Assembly (NCBI GenBank): GCA_021324735.1
Contig: JAJPIO010000009.1
Span: 659,341 to 723,340 of the forward strand
From: Bacteroidota bacterium
GTDB lineage: Bacteria > Bacteroidota > Ignavibacteria > Palsa-1295
DNA: 64,000 nt
Direction of reading: 5' to 3'
Shown piece after piece: positions 7,348-16,624 of this stretch (its first letter is position 1; each line of letters opens with the position of its first letter). The notes below the pieces were generated by a model. That model worked only from the letters and a program-made list of their open reading frames with translations, was not told where the DNA came from and ran no database searches. The translations under genes and the position numbers were made by a program.

Positions 7348-8529
7348 TTGAAAGGACTAAAAGAAGCCTATCTCTTATACAAGACGCTGACCTCAGCGTC
7401 TGTCTTGCTTAAAAAATCTCGCAACGGAACAAAAGTTACAAACTTTTTAGGCGGTTCGCCCAAAATTCTTCTGTTCGGCTACATGGGTCTCGGGGATGCT
7501 TTGATGTTCCAGCCATCCCTAAAAGCTATAATTCGGGCCTTCCCATCGGCAAAAATTGACCTTCTGGTAGGGCGGGAATCTCAGAGCCGAGCAGTATTAG
7601 AGCGAATAATTTCAATGGAAAATCAAAGATTCCATGCGATTTTTGAAGCTGACTATAAATCCGTTTCGCTCTCTGAACTAAAGCAATTGAATCGTAAGCT
7701 TGTAGGCGAAAAATATGATATAATAATATGTACCTACATGTCACCAAGTCCATACTTTACGAGTGCAATTTTGAGTGCACCACTTCGTGTAGGCCATACC
7801 TTGTCTCCTTCGCATTGGTATAAGCCGCGCCCGAATTGGCTCTTTAATATCTCCGTTCAACTTGCTCAAGATCATGAGCATGAAACAAGCCGTCATTTCC
7901 GTCTAATACAGAAGCTTGTCGGAACCGATGGCACTGTAGACTCGCCGCATTTAATTTTATCGGACGAAGAAGAAATATTTGCCAAAACGTATTGGAAGGA
8001 ACACACTCTTGAAGGTCGGGTAGTTATTGGCACTCACTTCGGAGCGAGCAAACTACAACACTGGAAGAAATGGGACGATGATCGTTTTGCCAAAGTCCTT
8101 TTAGACTTGCAAAATAAATACAATCCTATCTTTCTACATTTCGGAGTTGCCAGTGAAATTTCACAAATAGAAGAGGCATCATCTTTTGTTAGATCTTCTT
8201 CAATCAACCTTGCAGGCAAGCTTAGTTTATTTGAAGTTGCGGCATTACTAAAAAGATGTAATGCTATGCTTGCCAACGATAGTGGCCTCGGTCACGTAGC
8301 TATGGCAGTTGGAACGCCAACGCTACGGGTGTTTGGAATGTCAGATTATTGGGGATATCGAAGTCTCTCGATGAACAACATCGATATATTTAAGGGCATC
8401 TCATGCTCGCCCTGCTTGCAGTTAGGTTATCTCAAACCTTACAACGTGCATAATTGCGGCCACAAAAACTGCATGAAGCTAATTACCCCAGAAGAAGTAG
8501 CCGCCGCTTTTGAAGATTTAAAAGTCTAA
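7348..8529 (+). CDS. Glycosyltransferase family 9 (LPS heptosyltransferase-like)
   Basis: 393 aa with a TTG start. KILLFGYMGLGDALMFQPSLKAI and NAMLANDSGLGHVAMAVGTPTLRVFG are the two GT9 signature regions. The gene is visibly AT-rich compared with its neighbours. Confidence 0.8.
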   Translation: MKGLKEAYLLYKTLTSASVLLKKSRNGTKVTNFLGGSPKILLFGYMGLGDALMFQPSLKAIIRAFPSAKIDLLVGRESQSRAVLERIISMENQRFHAIFEADYKSVSLSELKQLNRKLVGEKYDIIICTYMSPSPYFTSAILSAPLRVGHTLSPSHWYKPRPNWLFNISVQLAQDHEHETSRHFRLIQKLVGTDGTVDSPHLILSDEEEIFAKTYWKEHTLEGRVVIGTHFGASKLQHWKKWDDDRFAKVLLDLQNKYNPIFLHFGVASEISQIEEASSFVRSSSINLAGKLSLFEVAALLKRCNAMLANDSGLGHVAMAVGTPTLRVFGMSDYWGYRSLSMNNIDIFKGISCSPCLQLGYLKPYNVHNCGHKNCMKLITPEEVAAAFEDLKV

Positions 8530-8544
8530 GCTTTTACCTTATTC

Positions 8545-10968
8545 TTAAAATCCTCTTCCAAACTGGAAGTGGGTTTGCCAGCCGGAGGGCTCACCGAACG
8601 TGCCGATCGGGTCGAAGCCGTAGCCAAAGTCGATCCCGATCATACCGACGGCCGGGACCTGTACGCGGGCGCCAACGCCCAGCGACCGCTTGAGATCAAA
8701 GAGGTCGGCATGCGAGAAATCGGCCCAAACGTTACCCGCCTCAGCAAATCCTAAGAAGAAGATGGGGATGGGTTCGCGGCTAACCATGAAGCGAAGCTCG
8801 GCAACGTAACGCGAATAAGCTTGTCCTCCTGGAGCGTAGACCGAAGTCGTTCTCACGCCTTTTTGTACACCGATCTGAGCATCGGGATAACCGCGAAGGG
8901 GAATACTGTAGACACCGGTCGCGAGTCCGCTGCCGCCCATAACGAAGAGCTGCGTAGGCGGAACGTAGGGTTCGCTGCCGAGGCCGCCCATTTGGCCGAT
9001 GTCGGCGCTCGTCATGAGTACGAGCCTGTTCTGCCCGCCGAGGGTAAGCATGGGCGTGTAAAACTTCATCGTGAAACCATTGCGGAAATAATTCGCCGGC
9101 TGGTTCGGTGCGATGGATGCGATCGGCAAATATGCGATGCGAGTTAAGAGCGACATTTCCGAACCACTGGTCGGGAAGATCGGATCGTCTGTTGAAATAC
9201 GCGAGATGATCTGCTGAATGCTCGTCTCGTCGTGAATACCGGTGGTGTAAATACCGCCGCCGTTCGTGATGTTCGAGTGCAAGCCGGAGAGCGTCCAATC
9301 GACGCGGAAGAAGTCGTCGGGCCAGCGGAACCGTCGGCCAAGCGCAAGCGAAGCGCCCGTGTTATCCGCCGTGTAGATGTATTCCGAATGGGTGGTATAG
9401 ACCTGGAATCCGAGCGAGGTCGGCGTTTGGTTGAGCCACGGTTCGTTAAAACTGAGCGACAACGTGCGGTACGCCGATTGTCCAATTTCCGCCGAGACCG
9501 AAAGTACCTCGCCGCCGCCGCCATGCAACGGATCGGTGATATCGAAATTATTGAACGATACGCCTACCGAACCAGTAAAGCCGAGTGCTCCTCCGTATCC
9601 GACCGACGCGTTGAACGTATCGCTCGAACGTTCTTCGACATTATACGTGACGTCGACATCGGTTGCATCGCGCTGCATGTTAACATCGGGCTGTAATTTC
9701 TCCTGATTGAAGTAATTAAGCTGTGAGAGCTGCCGCATCGAGCGAATGATAGCGGCGCGGCTAAAGGATTCGCCCGGCCGCGTAAATAGCTCTCGCCGAA
9801 TGACGTAATCCTTCGTCTTCGTATTGCCCTTGACATCGACGAATCGGAAGAAATGCTGCTTGCCTTCCTGTACGCGAATAACGAGATCGATCGAATCGCC
9901 CGGCACGACCGTCTCTTCTTTGGAGATATCGCTCAGAAAGCCTTTATCGTAATAGAGCGAGCCGACGTCGGAAAAGTCCGGCGTGGGACCGTGAAGATTG
10001 GTCTCGAGGCGGACCATATCGTAGATGTCGCCTTTGCGGAAGCCCAGATGATTGCGGATCTCGTCCGGCGTGAATTGCTCGGCGCCGATGACCGCAATAT
10101 TCCTCACATGATATTGCGGACCTTCGTAAACGTTGATAAGAATATTAAGGTCGTTCTCACCGGTTGTCCATAACGAATCGCTGAGGATCTGCGCATCCCG
10201 ATAACCGCGCGAATGATAGTAGTCGAGGACCCGCTTTTTATCGTCCTCATATTTCTGTTGGTCGAACGTACCGCTGGAGAAGATCTTCCACCACCGCTTT
10301 TCTTTGGTATCTTCCATCGCGCTGCGCAGTTCGCCCGAAGAGACCTGCTTATTGCCCGAAAAGTCGATGTGACGGACGATCATTTCCTTGCCCTCATTGA
10401 TCGCGACGACGAGATCGGCTTTGCTGGAATCGCTAGTCGGGACTTGCTGGATCGTGATCGTCGCAAAATGGTAGCCCTCTTTTTCATAGAGTGCTTTCAC
10501 GCGGGTGCGTCCGGCTTCTAACTCCCACGGGCGGATGTAATCCCCTTCGCGCAGCGCGAGCGCTTTTTCGATCTCAGAGGTCTTGATCTCTTTATTACCC
10601 TGGACCGTGTATTTGCCAAGGCGGGGAAGTTCGGAAACGTGAATGCTGAGGAAGAGGCCGATGGTCGAATCGCCCTGCGGCACCTGCTTATCGACGACGA
10701 TATTGACGTCGTTAAAAATACCCATGTTCCATAGCTGCTGCACCGCATTGCGGACGGCGTCGCTCGGAAGCACGAAGTGCTGCCCGCGGTAGAGGCCGCT
10801 CTGGCTAATGATCGTTTGGGCGTCCGACGTACGGTTACCAACGACCGATATGCCGAGGACGGTGTATTGCTGTTCCGGCGTTCCCATTTGGGCCATCGCC
10901 GTACGGTATGGCAATACCGCAACAGACGCAAGCAGAACCGCGAAGAAAAGAGAGCGCATGTAAGCCAA
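8545..10968 (-). CDS. bamA: Outer membrane protein assembly factor BamA
   Basis: 807 aa. Signal peptide, five POTRA-like repeats (ISVVGN.., YTVQGNKEI.., IDFSGNKQV.., IAVIGAEQF.., VDVKGNTKTKDYVIRREL) and a C-terminal Omp85 barrel ending ..THFQFGRGF (aromatic beta-signal). Confidence 0.92.
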   Translation of the reverse strand: MAYMRSLFFAVLLASVAVLPYRTAMAQMGTPEQQYTVLGISVVGNRTSDAQTIISQSGLYRGQHFVLPSDAVRNAVQQLWNMGIFNDVNIVVDKQVPQGDSTIGLFLSIHVSELPRLGKYTVQGNKEIKTSEIEKALALREGDYIRPWELEAGRTRVKALYEKEGYHFATITIQQVPTSDSSKADLVVAINEGKEMIVRHIDFSGNKQVSSGELRSAMEDTKEKRWWKIFSSGTFDQQKYEDDKKRVLDYYHSRGYRDAQILSDSLWTTGENDLNILINVYEGPQYHVRNIAVIGAEQFTPDEIRNHLGFRKGDIYDMVRLETNLHGPTPDFSDVGSLYYDKGFLSDISKEETVVPGDSIDLVIRVQEGKQHFFRFVDVKGNTKTKDYVIRRELFTRPGESFSRAAIIRSMRQLSQLNYFNQEKLQPDVNMQRDATDVDVTYNVEERSSDTFNASVGYGGALGFTGSVGVSFNNFDITDPLHGGGGEVLSVSAEIGQSAYRTLSLSFNEPWLNQTPTSLGFQVYTTHSEYIYTADNTGASLALGRRFRWPDDFFRVDWTLSGLHSNITNGGGIYTTGIHDETSIQQIISRISTDDPIFPTSGSEMSLLTRIAYLPIASIAPNQPANYFRNGFTMKFYTPMLTLGGQNRLVLMTSADIGQMGGLGSEPYVPPTQLFVMGGSGLATGVYSIPLRGYPDAQIGVQKGVRTTSVYAPGGQAYSRYVAELRFMVSREPIPIFFLGFAEAGNVWADFSHADLFDLKRSLGVGARVQVPAVGMIGIDFGYGFDPIGTFGEPSGWQTHFQFGRGF

Positions 10969-11290
10969 GATTCTCAGAAAGGATGTATTACGAATCGATC
11001 GGTGAATGTAGTGGTCCGCACGGTTTCCTGTGACCTACGTTTAAAACACAGAAGTCTCCGAGTGGTAACAGCCAGGAAACGGAAACGTAAACGAGGATTC
11101 GGGCCATTTGTTGCCCCAATTCATCGGCATTTGTAATTGCCCGGATTACTATATTCTCCTCAACTATTCCCGGTACTCGGTTTGTTAGAGGCCGGTTATT
11201 TAGGTTTTAGCGTAGGTTGCGGCTGTTTTCGGTCGTAGCTAATAGTTACAGGTGTAGTAGCCGCTTGTTGTTTGCGATACAACAGAATTT

Positions 11291-13003
11291 ATGAATTACA
11301 AGCATTATCCTCAACGTCCAGAAAAGTTAACGAAAGAATTTGTCGAGCAGGAGTTCGCGAAGCTGAAAGGCCGGATCGACTCGGCCGAGCGGTCGGAATC
11401 TCCCGGCGAGTGGCTCTGCCTCTATTCCGATTGGAACGCGCTCACCGCCTATTTTTCCGGTGAAGCCAGCCGTATCAGCTATGCCCACTCCCAGGATATG
11501 ACGAACAAGCACTGGGAAGAAGCCGACAAATATTTCCGTGAAGTCGTAACACCAGCGTTCGAACAGGGCAGTGCCGCAATGCTCGACGCGGTGCTCAAGA
11601 GCCGCCACAAGAAGGCGATCGGCGAACACTTCGGGCCGTATCTTATCGATCAGCTTAATACGATCGTCGAGCCCATTGCGCCGGTCAACACGGAACTGCG
11701 TGTAAAAACGGGCGATCTCATTGACCAGTATGATAAGATCGTCAGTGCGGGTGAAGTAAAGATCAAGGGCGAGACGGTCACCCTGGCCCGTGCTCGCGCG
11801 ATGCAGAACGATTCGAATGCGGACGTTCGCAAAGAAGCATGGTTCGCGTACCGCCAGTGGTTTCTCGATCATCACGATGAGATCGCGCGTCTTTTCGATG
11901 GCATGGTAAAGCTGCGGGACGAGATGGGGCGCAATCTTGGTCACAAGAATTTTATCCCGCTCGGCTATCTTTCGATGCGTCGTACCGATTACGGTCCGGA
12001 AGAAGCGAAGAAATTTCGGGACTCGGTAAAGCAATATGCGGTGCCGGTGCTGGCAAAGCTTCATGCCGAACATGCCGCTGCGCTCGGTACACCGACGCTC
12101 CGTCCGTGGGACTCTGGGTATCATCCGAACCACACCCTGCCGATCGGCATAGCTCCGGTGGAAACTCAGCTTGAAAAAGCGCAGCACGTATTCGACGAAC
12201 TTTCTCCTCGGCTGGCCGCGCACTTCACACGCATGCGCAAGGAAGGCCTCATCGATCTCGAGAATCGCAAAGGCAAGCGCGCCGGTGCATTCTGTACCTC
12301 GATGCCGGATGAAGGCCGCGTAGCTATTTTCTGTAACTCGACGGGTGATGAAGGCGACGTTGGCACACTCGTTCACGAAATGGGCCATGCCTTCCAGGCA
12401 TGGGAAAGCCAAACGATCGAGGCTGTCGACTTACAATGGCCCACGAGCGATGGCGCCGAAATTCACTCGATGGGAATGGAGTTTCTCGCGATGCCGGCGC
12501 TCCACTGGTTCTTTAAACCGGAGGAACAGCGGAAATTCCGCCAGAGCCACCTCTACGATGTGGTGTCACTCATGTGCTACATTGTGACGGTCGACGAGTT
12601 TCAGCACTGGGTTTACGAGCATCCGAACGTCACTCCGGCCGAACGCGACCAGGCGTGGAATGAGATCTGGGATAAATACTTCCCCGCGCTCGACTTTAGT
12701 GGCTATGAAGCGTTTAAGTATGCCCGATGGTACGCTCAGGGACATATCTTCCAGACGCCATTCTACTATATCGACTACGCGATCGCGCAGACCGCTGCCA
12801 TGCAGCTCGGCCTTATGGATTCGACCGATCACAAGAAGGCGCTCGATACGTATATCAGGCTGTGCGAGATCGGTGGTACGAAGAGTATCCTGAATATCTT
12901 TAAAGCGGCCGGTCTGCGTTCGCCGTTCGATCCAACGACGATGCGCGACCTCATGCAATACGCCCAGAAAGAGCTTGCCGTCGAAGAGATGGCAGAAGCG
13001 TAA
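11291..13003 (+). CDS. M3-family oligoendopeptidase (PepF-like)
   Basis: 570 aa. It has the HEMGHAF zinc motif, a downstream E (IHSMGMEF), and the length and architecture of M3B oligoendopeptidases. Confidence 0.85.
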   Translation: MNYKHYPQRPEKLTKEFVEQEFAKLKGRIDSAERSESPGEWLCLYSDWNALTAYFSGEASRISYAHSQDMTNKHWEEADKYFREVVTPAFEQGSAAMLDAVLKSRHKKAIGEHFGPYLIDQLNTIVEPIAPVNTELRVKTGDLIDQYDKIVSAGEVKIKGETVTLARARAMQNDSNADVRKEAWFAYRQWFLDHHDEIARLFDGMVKLRDEMGRNLGHKNFIPLGYLSMRRTDYGPEEAKKFRDSVKQYAVPVLAKLHAEHAAALGTPTLRPWDSGYHPNHTLPIGIAPVETQLEKAQHVFDELSPRLAAHFTRMRKEGLIDLENRKGKRAGAFCTSMPDEGRVAIFCNSTGDEGDVGTLVHEMGHAFQAWESQTIEAVDLQWPTSDGAEIHSMGMEFLAMPALHWFFKPEEQRKFRQSHLYDVVSLMCYIVTVDEFQHWVYEHPNVTPAERDQAWNEIWDKYFPALDFSGYEAFKYARWYAQGHIFQTPFYYIDYAIAQTAAMQLGLMDSTDHKKALDTYIRLCEIGGTKSILNIFKAAGLRSPFDPTTMRDLMQYAQKELAVEEMAEA

Positions 13004-13024
13004 GAGCAGGATCACTTAAATGTT

Positions 13025-13055
13025 AAAGACCACTGTATACCAGTGGTCTTTTTTT
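13025..13055 (+). terminator. Rho-independent terminator after the peptidase gene (bidirectional hairpin between convergent genes)
   Basis: aaagaccactg-tatac-cagtggtcttt forms a perfect 11-bp stem followed by a T run (tttttat). It sits 22 nt after the stop at 13003. Confidence 0.8.
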
Positions 13056-13091
13056 ATGCACTTCAGGTTTTTTTATTGTCGGAGTTCTTTA

Positions 13092-14684
13092 TTATCGGAA
13101 TTCATAGACGCGCAAGGTATCGACCAGCGTGTCATCCGAAGGAGCGTAGGCGCGAACAATATCGGTGAAAGGACCGACTCGCTGGAAGATGATCTTTGCA
13201 TTCGAACGCGCTGACCACTCGATCGTCGAATCGTTCTCATCCCAATCTCCTCCGCCTTTGGTCGTAAAGGTGATCGCGTAATTGATATTGGCTCGCCGCC
13301 ATAATTCTTCTCGCGTTACCCAACCCTCGTTCGGTTGCATGTACATGACCGGCGTAATGAGATCGCACGAGTCATCCATTGTCATGGCTTGCCCGGCGAC
13401 CGAAGCAAAGATCCTTGGATGTCCTGGATAATGGGAGTGAATGGTCGCCAGGGCGTCGTGCATAGCGCTGCTATTCGCTGTTGCGATCGCCTCTGAAGTT
13501 CGGGCAAGACGTGCAGTATTCGTCCAATAATGCCACAATGAAAATCCTATACAGATCGCGAGAGCAAAAGCAAACACCTTTGCAGGGACACCATGTAATA
13601 CTGTTTCCAACTCCGATATAAGGACAATGAACGCAAGAATGATGGTCGGCAGAACATAAATGAAGTAGCGGTCCTGATAGAATTCGAATAGAAGGTCGGC
13701 AATAATAACGAGTGCTGCAGAAATGATAAGTCGCTGTGTATGCTCTGCCATTCGTGAGAGCCAAATTCGGTTCTCCGCTCCTTTGCCAATCAGTGTGATT
13801 GCTATGATAATGGCAAGCACGACGACACCTGGAGCCCACAAATTTGCTACGTGTAACCGACCGGCAAGATTAGCCAGATCGGATTTGGGATGAAGGATCC
13901 CCATAGCAGGAATCATCGCCGAAGCACCGGTAAATGGCCCCATTATCGAGAATGATCCGAGTAAGATCCACTGAAAGAAGCAAATGATCGCTATGCCGCC
14001 GAAGGCTACACCAGCCCATAATAAAAATGATCGTACCGAAGCAAAGCCACCTGCGATCCATAATAGATATCCAAGCATCAACAACACATGCACAAGCACA
14101 TGTCCGTTGATAAGAAGGGAGAAGGGAAGCAGAAGGCCGAGGATCACAAGTGATGTGCGGTTCTTCTCTATCAGCAGTGGCAGATAGCCGGTAAGAAGAA
14201 GGATCGTTAAACCAACGAGAATGTCATACCGCGCACCGTGGCTTGTAACAAAAAAGCAAAGGGTCGATGCAAGGAGTAGTACTCCGGTAAGGCTCAAAAT
14301 TAAGCTAATCTGATATCTTCGCAGCGTTGACCACAGGACGGCAAGCACTGCAATTCCGAACAGCCAACTGATCGTGCGACCGATCTCGATCGTATGACCG
14401 TGCACGAAGAATAACGGCAATCCGTAGAAGGATGCGGTCAGGTAACAGCTTCCGAACAAAATGCCGGAGTTTTGTGCGAATGCCGATCCCGGAGCGAGTG
14501 GATTTGTGTAATGTCCCGTACGAACGAACTCGGCGTATTGCGACATAAGCCATGTTTCATCGCCCCGCCACCACACCCAGGAGTTTACGACCGGAGTAGT
14601 ATATAAGTATCGTACATTGATAATGAGGACTCCAAGAATAAAACTAAGAAGGACAATAGCCCAGATTTTTGAGCGGGTACTCAT
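13092..14684 (-). CDS. Polytopic membrane protein, probable GT-C-fold glycosyltransferase (ArnT/PMT-like)
   Basis: 530 aa with more than 10 predicted TM segments. The first periplasmic loop WWRGDETWLMSQYAEFVRTGHY resembles the DE..(Y/F) motif of GT39/GT83 enzymes, and there is a soluble C-terminal domain. The assignment is tentative. Confidence 0.45.
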   Translation of the reverse strand: MSTRSKIWAIVLLSFILGVLIINVRYLYTTPVVNSWVWWRGDETWLMSQYAEFVRTGHYTNPLAPGSAFAQNSGILFGSCYLTASFYGLPLFFVHGHTIEIGRTISWLFGIAVLAVLWSTLRRYQISLILSLTGVLLLASTLCFFVTSHGARYDILVGLTILLLTGYLPLLIEKNRTSLVILGLLLPFSLLINGHVLVHVLLMLGYLLWIAGGFASVRSFLLWAGVAFGGIAIICFFQWILLGSFSIMGPFTGASAMIPAMGILHPKSDLANLAGRLHVANLWAPGVVVLAIIIAITLIGKGAENRIWLSRMAEHTQRLIISAALVIIADLLFEFYQDRYFIYVLPTIILAFIVLISELETVLHGVPAKVFAFALAICIGFSLWHYWTNTARLARTSEAIATANSSAMHDALATIHSHYPGHPRIFASVAGQAMTMDDSCDLITPVMYMQPNEGWVTREELWRRANINYAITFTTKGGGDWDENDSTIEWSARSNAKIIFQRVGPFTDIVRAYAPSDDTLVDTLRVYEFR

Positions 14685-14801
14685 AACAACAGATTAATAA
14701 CAGGCAAAATCAACTCGACAGAAACCGGGCGTCCGATTAGAGCATGTATATGGACACAAATATACGCTAATTTAGGACTTTCGCTGATCACAGCGTACTG
14801 A

Positions 14802-14876
14802 TGGTAGCGCGTACGGGAATCGAACCCGTGTACCCGCCTTGAGAGGGCGGTATCCTAGCCGCTAGATGAACGCGCC
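14802..14876 (-). tRNA. tRNA-Glu (anticodon CUC)
   Basis: The minus strand reads ggcgcgt tc atctagcggctaggat a ccgcc CTCTCAA ggcgg gtac acggg ttcgatt cccgt acgcgct a cca. It has a 7-bp acceptor stem (one G-U), a 5-bp anticodon stem with loop C-U-CUC-A-A, a T-arm GGG-TTCGATT-CCC and an encoded CCA. Overall it is similar to bacterial tRNA-Glu. Confidence 0.9.
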
Positions 14877-15008
14877 AGACTATAGTGCTACGAGCTTTGT
14901 CCTAAGTGTGACACCCTGGACAAATTCAAGCGGCTCACATTACACGGAACGGCTTCGCTCGGTTCCTTGTAAGCTTATTTGCTCGAACCCCGAAGATTTG
15001 TTCATTCG

Positions 15009-16601
15009 ATGACAAACCTGAAATTGCCTCGGAGTATTTTACTTCCGATCTTCTTTTTACTTTTCTCATGTTCGGTACGATCCTTCGCTCAAACCCTTTC
15101 GGACTCCGTAGCACCGTCGAATGAAATTTCAGCGGGTCATAGCTACTTCGGAGTCGATCTTGGTATAACCGGTACCACTTACCTCGGTAACCACAATTTT
15201 TTGTGGCCGCTCAATCCTACCGATCCGACCTTACGGACCTATGTACCGTTCAATAACCTTGGGTTTGGCGTCGGATTTATGAGTGGTCTCAAACTCGGCC
15301 TCTCGCTATCGAGTAAAACCGATTTTGAGTTAAAAACCCGATTCTTTACCAATCATACGTCAAACCATGAGTTAACGGACAACATTATTCTAGATCCTTA
15401 TAAACCGTCGATCACCGCTAACTCAACGAACGATTACTCGCTCACGATGTACAATGTTGGCGTGGCAATGCTCGCGCATTACCGGCTATCCGATATCTAT
15501 TATGCAGTAGCAGGAGTCGAGGGGAGCGCTCATACCGGTAACTCGGTGAGCTATTCGCAACAATTGAGCGGTGGGAATTCCTATCTTCGGACGGATACGC
15601 ACACACAGTCCTTCATTTATAATCTCGATCAACCTTCGACACAGTTAGTGAATTTTTTTAATGGGGTTCGAGGGGACCTACTTGTAGGAGCTGGCTCGAC
15701 CCACCGGTTTGGGGCCGATAATATGATATTCGATGCGGAGTTACTCGTCAGCATTCCGTTTACGGTTTGGGTGCAGAAGACGGGACAAAATCTCTTTGCA
15801 TTGACATCATCCTATTATGGTTTACCAGCCATCGCCTATCCACACCAGTGGTATGCCTCTCTCACGATCGGTGTTCGAATGCCATTCCATCAACTTCCAC
15901 CGCCGATCGTACCCCCTCCGCCGCCACCACAAAAGACCGATTCTGCTCTTCACGTAACGATCCAGGCAAAAGAAGATACAGCGACAGGCCGTGTCGAGCT
16001 TACAGGGCGTGTCACCGACGCTCAGTCCGGCAAGCCGATCAAGGCCGATCTGACGACCGTCGATCTTGGAAATAATAAAGTGGTCTCAACGATCCATGCC
16101 GATTCGAATGGTATCTATCACGTGTTTGTGAATAAGCCGGGTAAATACTCGGTAACAGCCGAGGCGGATGGCTACTTGTTTGGCAGCGCCTATTTTGAGG
16201 TCGATTCCAATGGACGAATACTTAAGAGTGAACCAGATATCAAGCTTAGTCCGGTCAGTAATGGGCGGACCCGTCTGCTCGTTTTCTTTGAATTCGATAA
16301 AGCGGATCTGCAGCAGTCTTCCTCGCCCGAACTCAATCGTGCGGTTGAACTTATGAAAGCGATCCCTACCCTCAGAGTAGAGATAGCAGGATATACCGAC
16401 TCCATCGGTACCAAAGCACACAATATGGATCTTTCCTTGCGCCGGGCGAATGCCGTTCGTGATTTCCTGATCCAGCATGGGGTTTCAGGCGCGCGAGTTA
16501 CGGCCAAAGGATATGGCACCGATTCACCGATAGCGACGAATGAAACAGAGGAAGGACGCGCTGCTAACAGACGCGTTGAATTCGTCGTCGTAAGCCGCTA
16601 A
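15009..16601 (+). CDS. OmpA-family outer membrane protein (N-terminal barrel, carboxypeptidase-regulatory-like domain, OmpA_C domain)
   Basis: ORF 14979..16601; the ATG at 15009 gives MTNLKLPRSILLPIFFLLFSCSVRSFAQ. A proline linker (PPPIVPPPPPPQ) is followed by LTGRVTDAQSGKPI...GKYSVTAEADGYLF (CRD-like), then GYTDSIGTKAHNMDLSLRRANAVRDFL...NRRVEFVV (OmpA_C). Confidence 0.85.
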   Translation: MTNLKLPRSILLPIFFLLFSCSVRSFAQTLSDSVAPSNEISAGHSYFGVDLGITGTTYLGNHNFLWPLNPTDPTLRTYVPFNNLGFGVGFMSGLKLGLSLSSKTDFELKTRFFTNHTSNHELTDNIILDPYKPSITANSTNDYSLTMYNVGVAMLAHYRLSDIYYAVAGVEGSAHTGNSVSYSQQLSGGNSYLRTDTHTQSFIYNLDQPSTQLVNFFNGVRGDLLVGAGSTHRFGADNMIFDAELLVSIPFTVWVQKTGQNLFALTSSYYGLPAIAYPHQWYASLTIGVRMPFHQLPPPIVPPPPPPQKTDSALHVTIQAKEDTATGRVELTGRVTDAQSGKPIKADLTTVDLGNNKVVSTIHADSNGIYHVFVNKPGKYSVTAEADGYLFGSAYFEVDSNGRILKSEPDIKLSPVSNGRTRLLVFFEFDKADLQQSSSPELNRAVELMKAIPTLRVEIAGYTDSIGTKAHNMDLSLRRANAVRDFLIQHGVSGARVTAKGYGTDSPIATNETEEGRAANRRVEFVVVSR

Positions 16602-16624
16602 AGGAAGCTTAAAAAAAGCTAAAC

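Noticed and set aside
8780-10931. Multiple 100-170-aa ORFs on both strands within bamA
   Set aside because: Their translations are Arg/Ser/Ala-rich shadow frames. The 807-aa BamA frame explains the region completely.
11327-12412. 361-aa ORF antisense to the M3 peptidase gene
   Set aside because: It lies entirely inside a well-supported gene carrying the HEMGH motif. Its translation is Arg/low-complexity-rich with no motifs. It is a typical shadow ORF of GC-rich coding DNA.
14685-14978. tRNA-Glu as an attachment site of an integrated element
   Set aside because: No integrase, no excisionase and no duplicated tRNA 3' segment could be seen on either side. Only the compositional oddity of the neighbouring GT-C gene remains, and that is reported separately.
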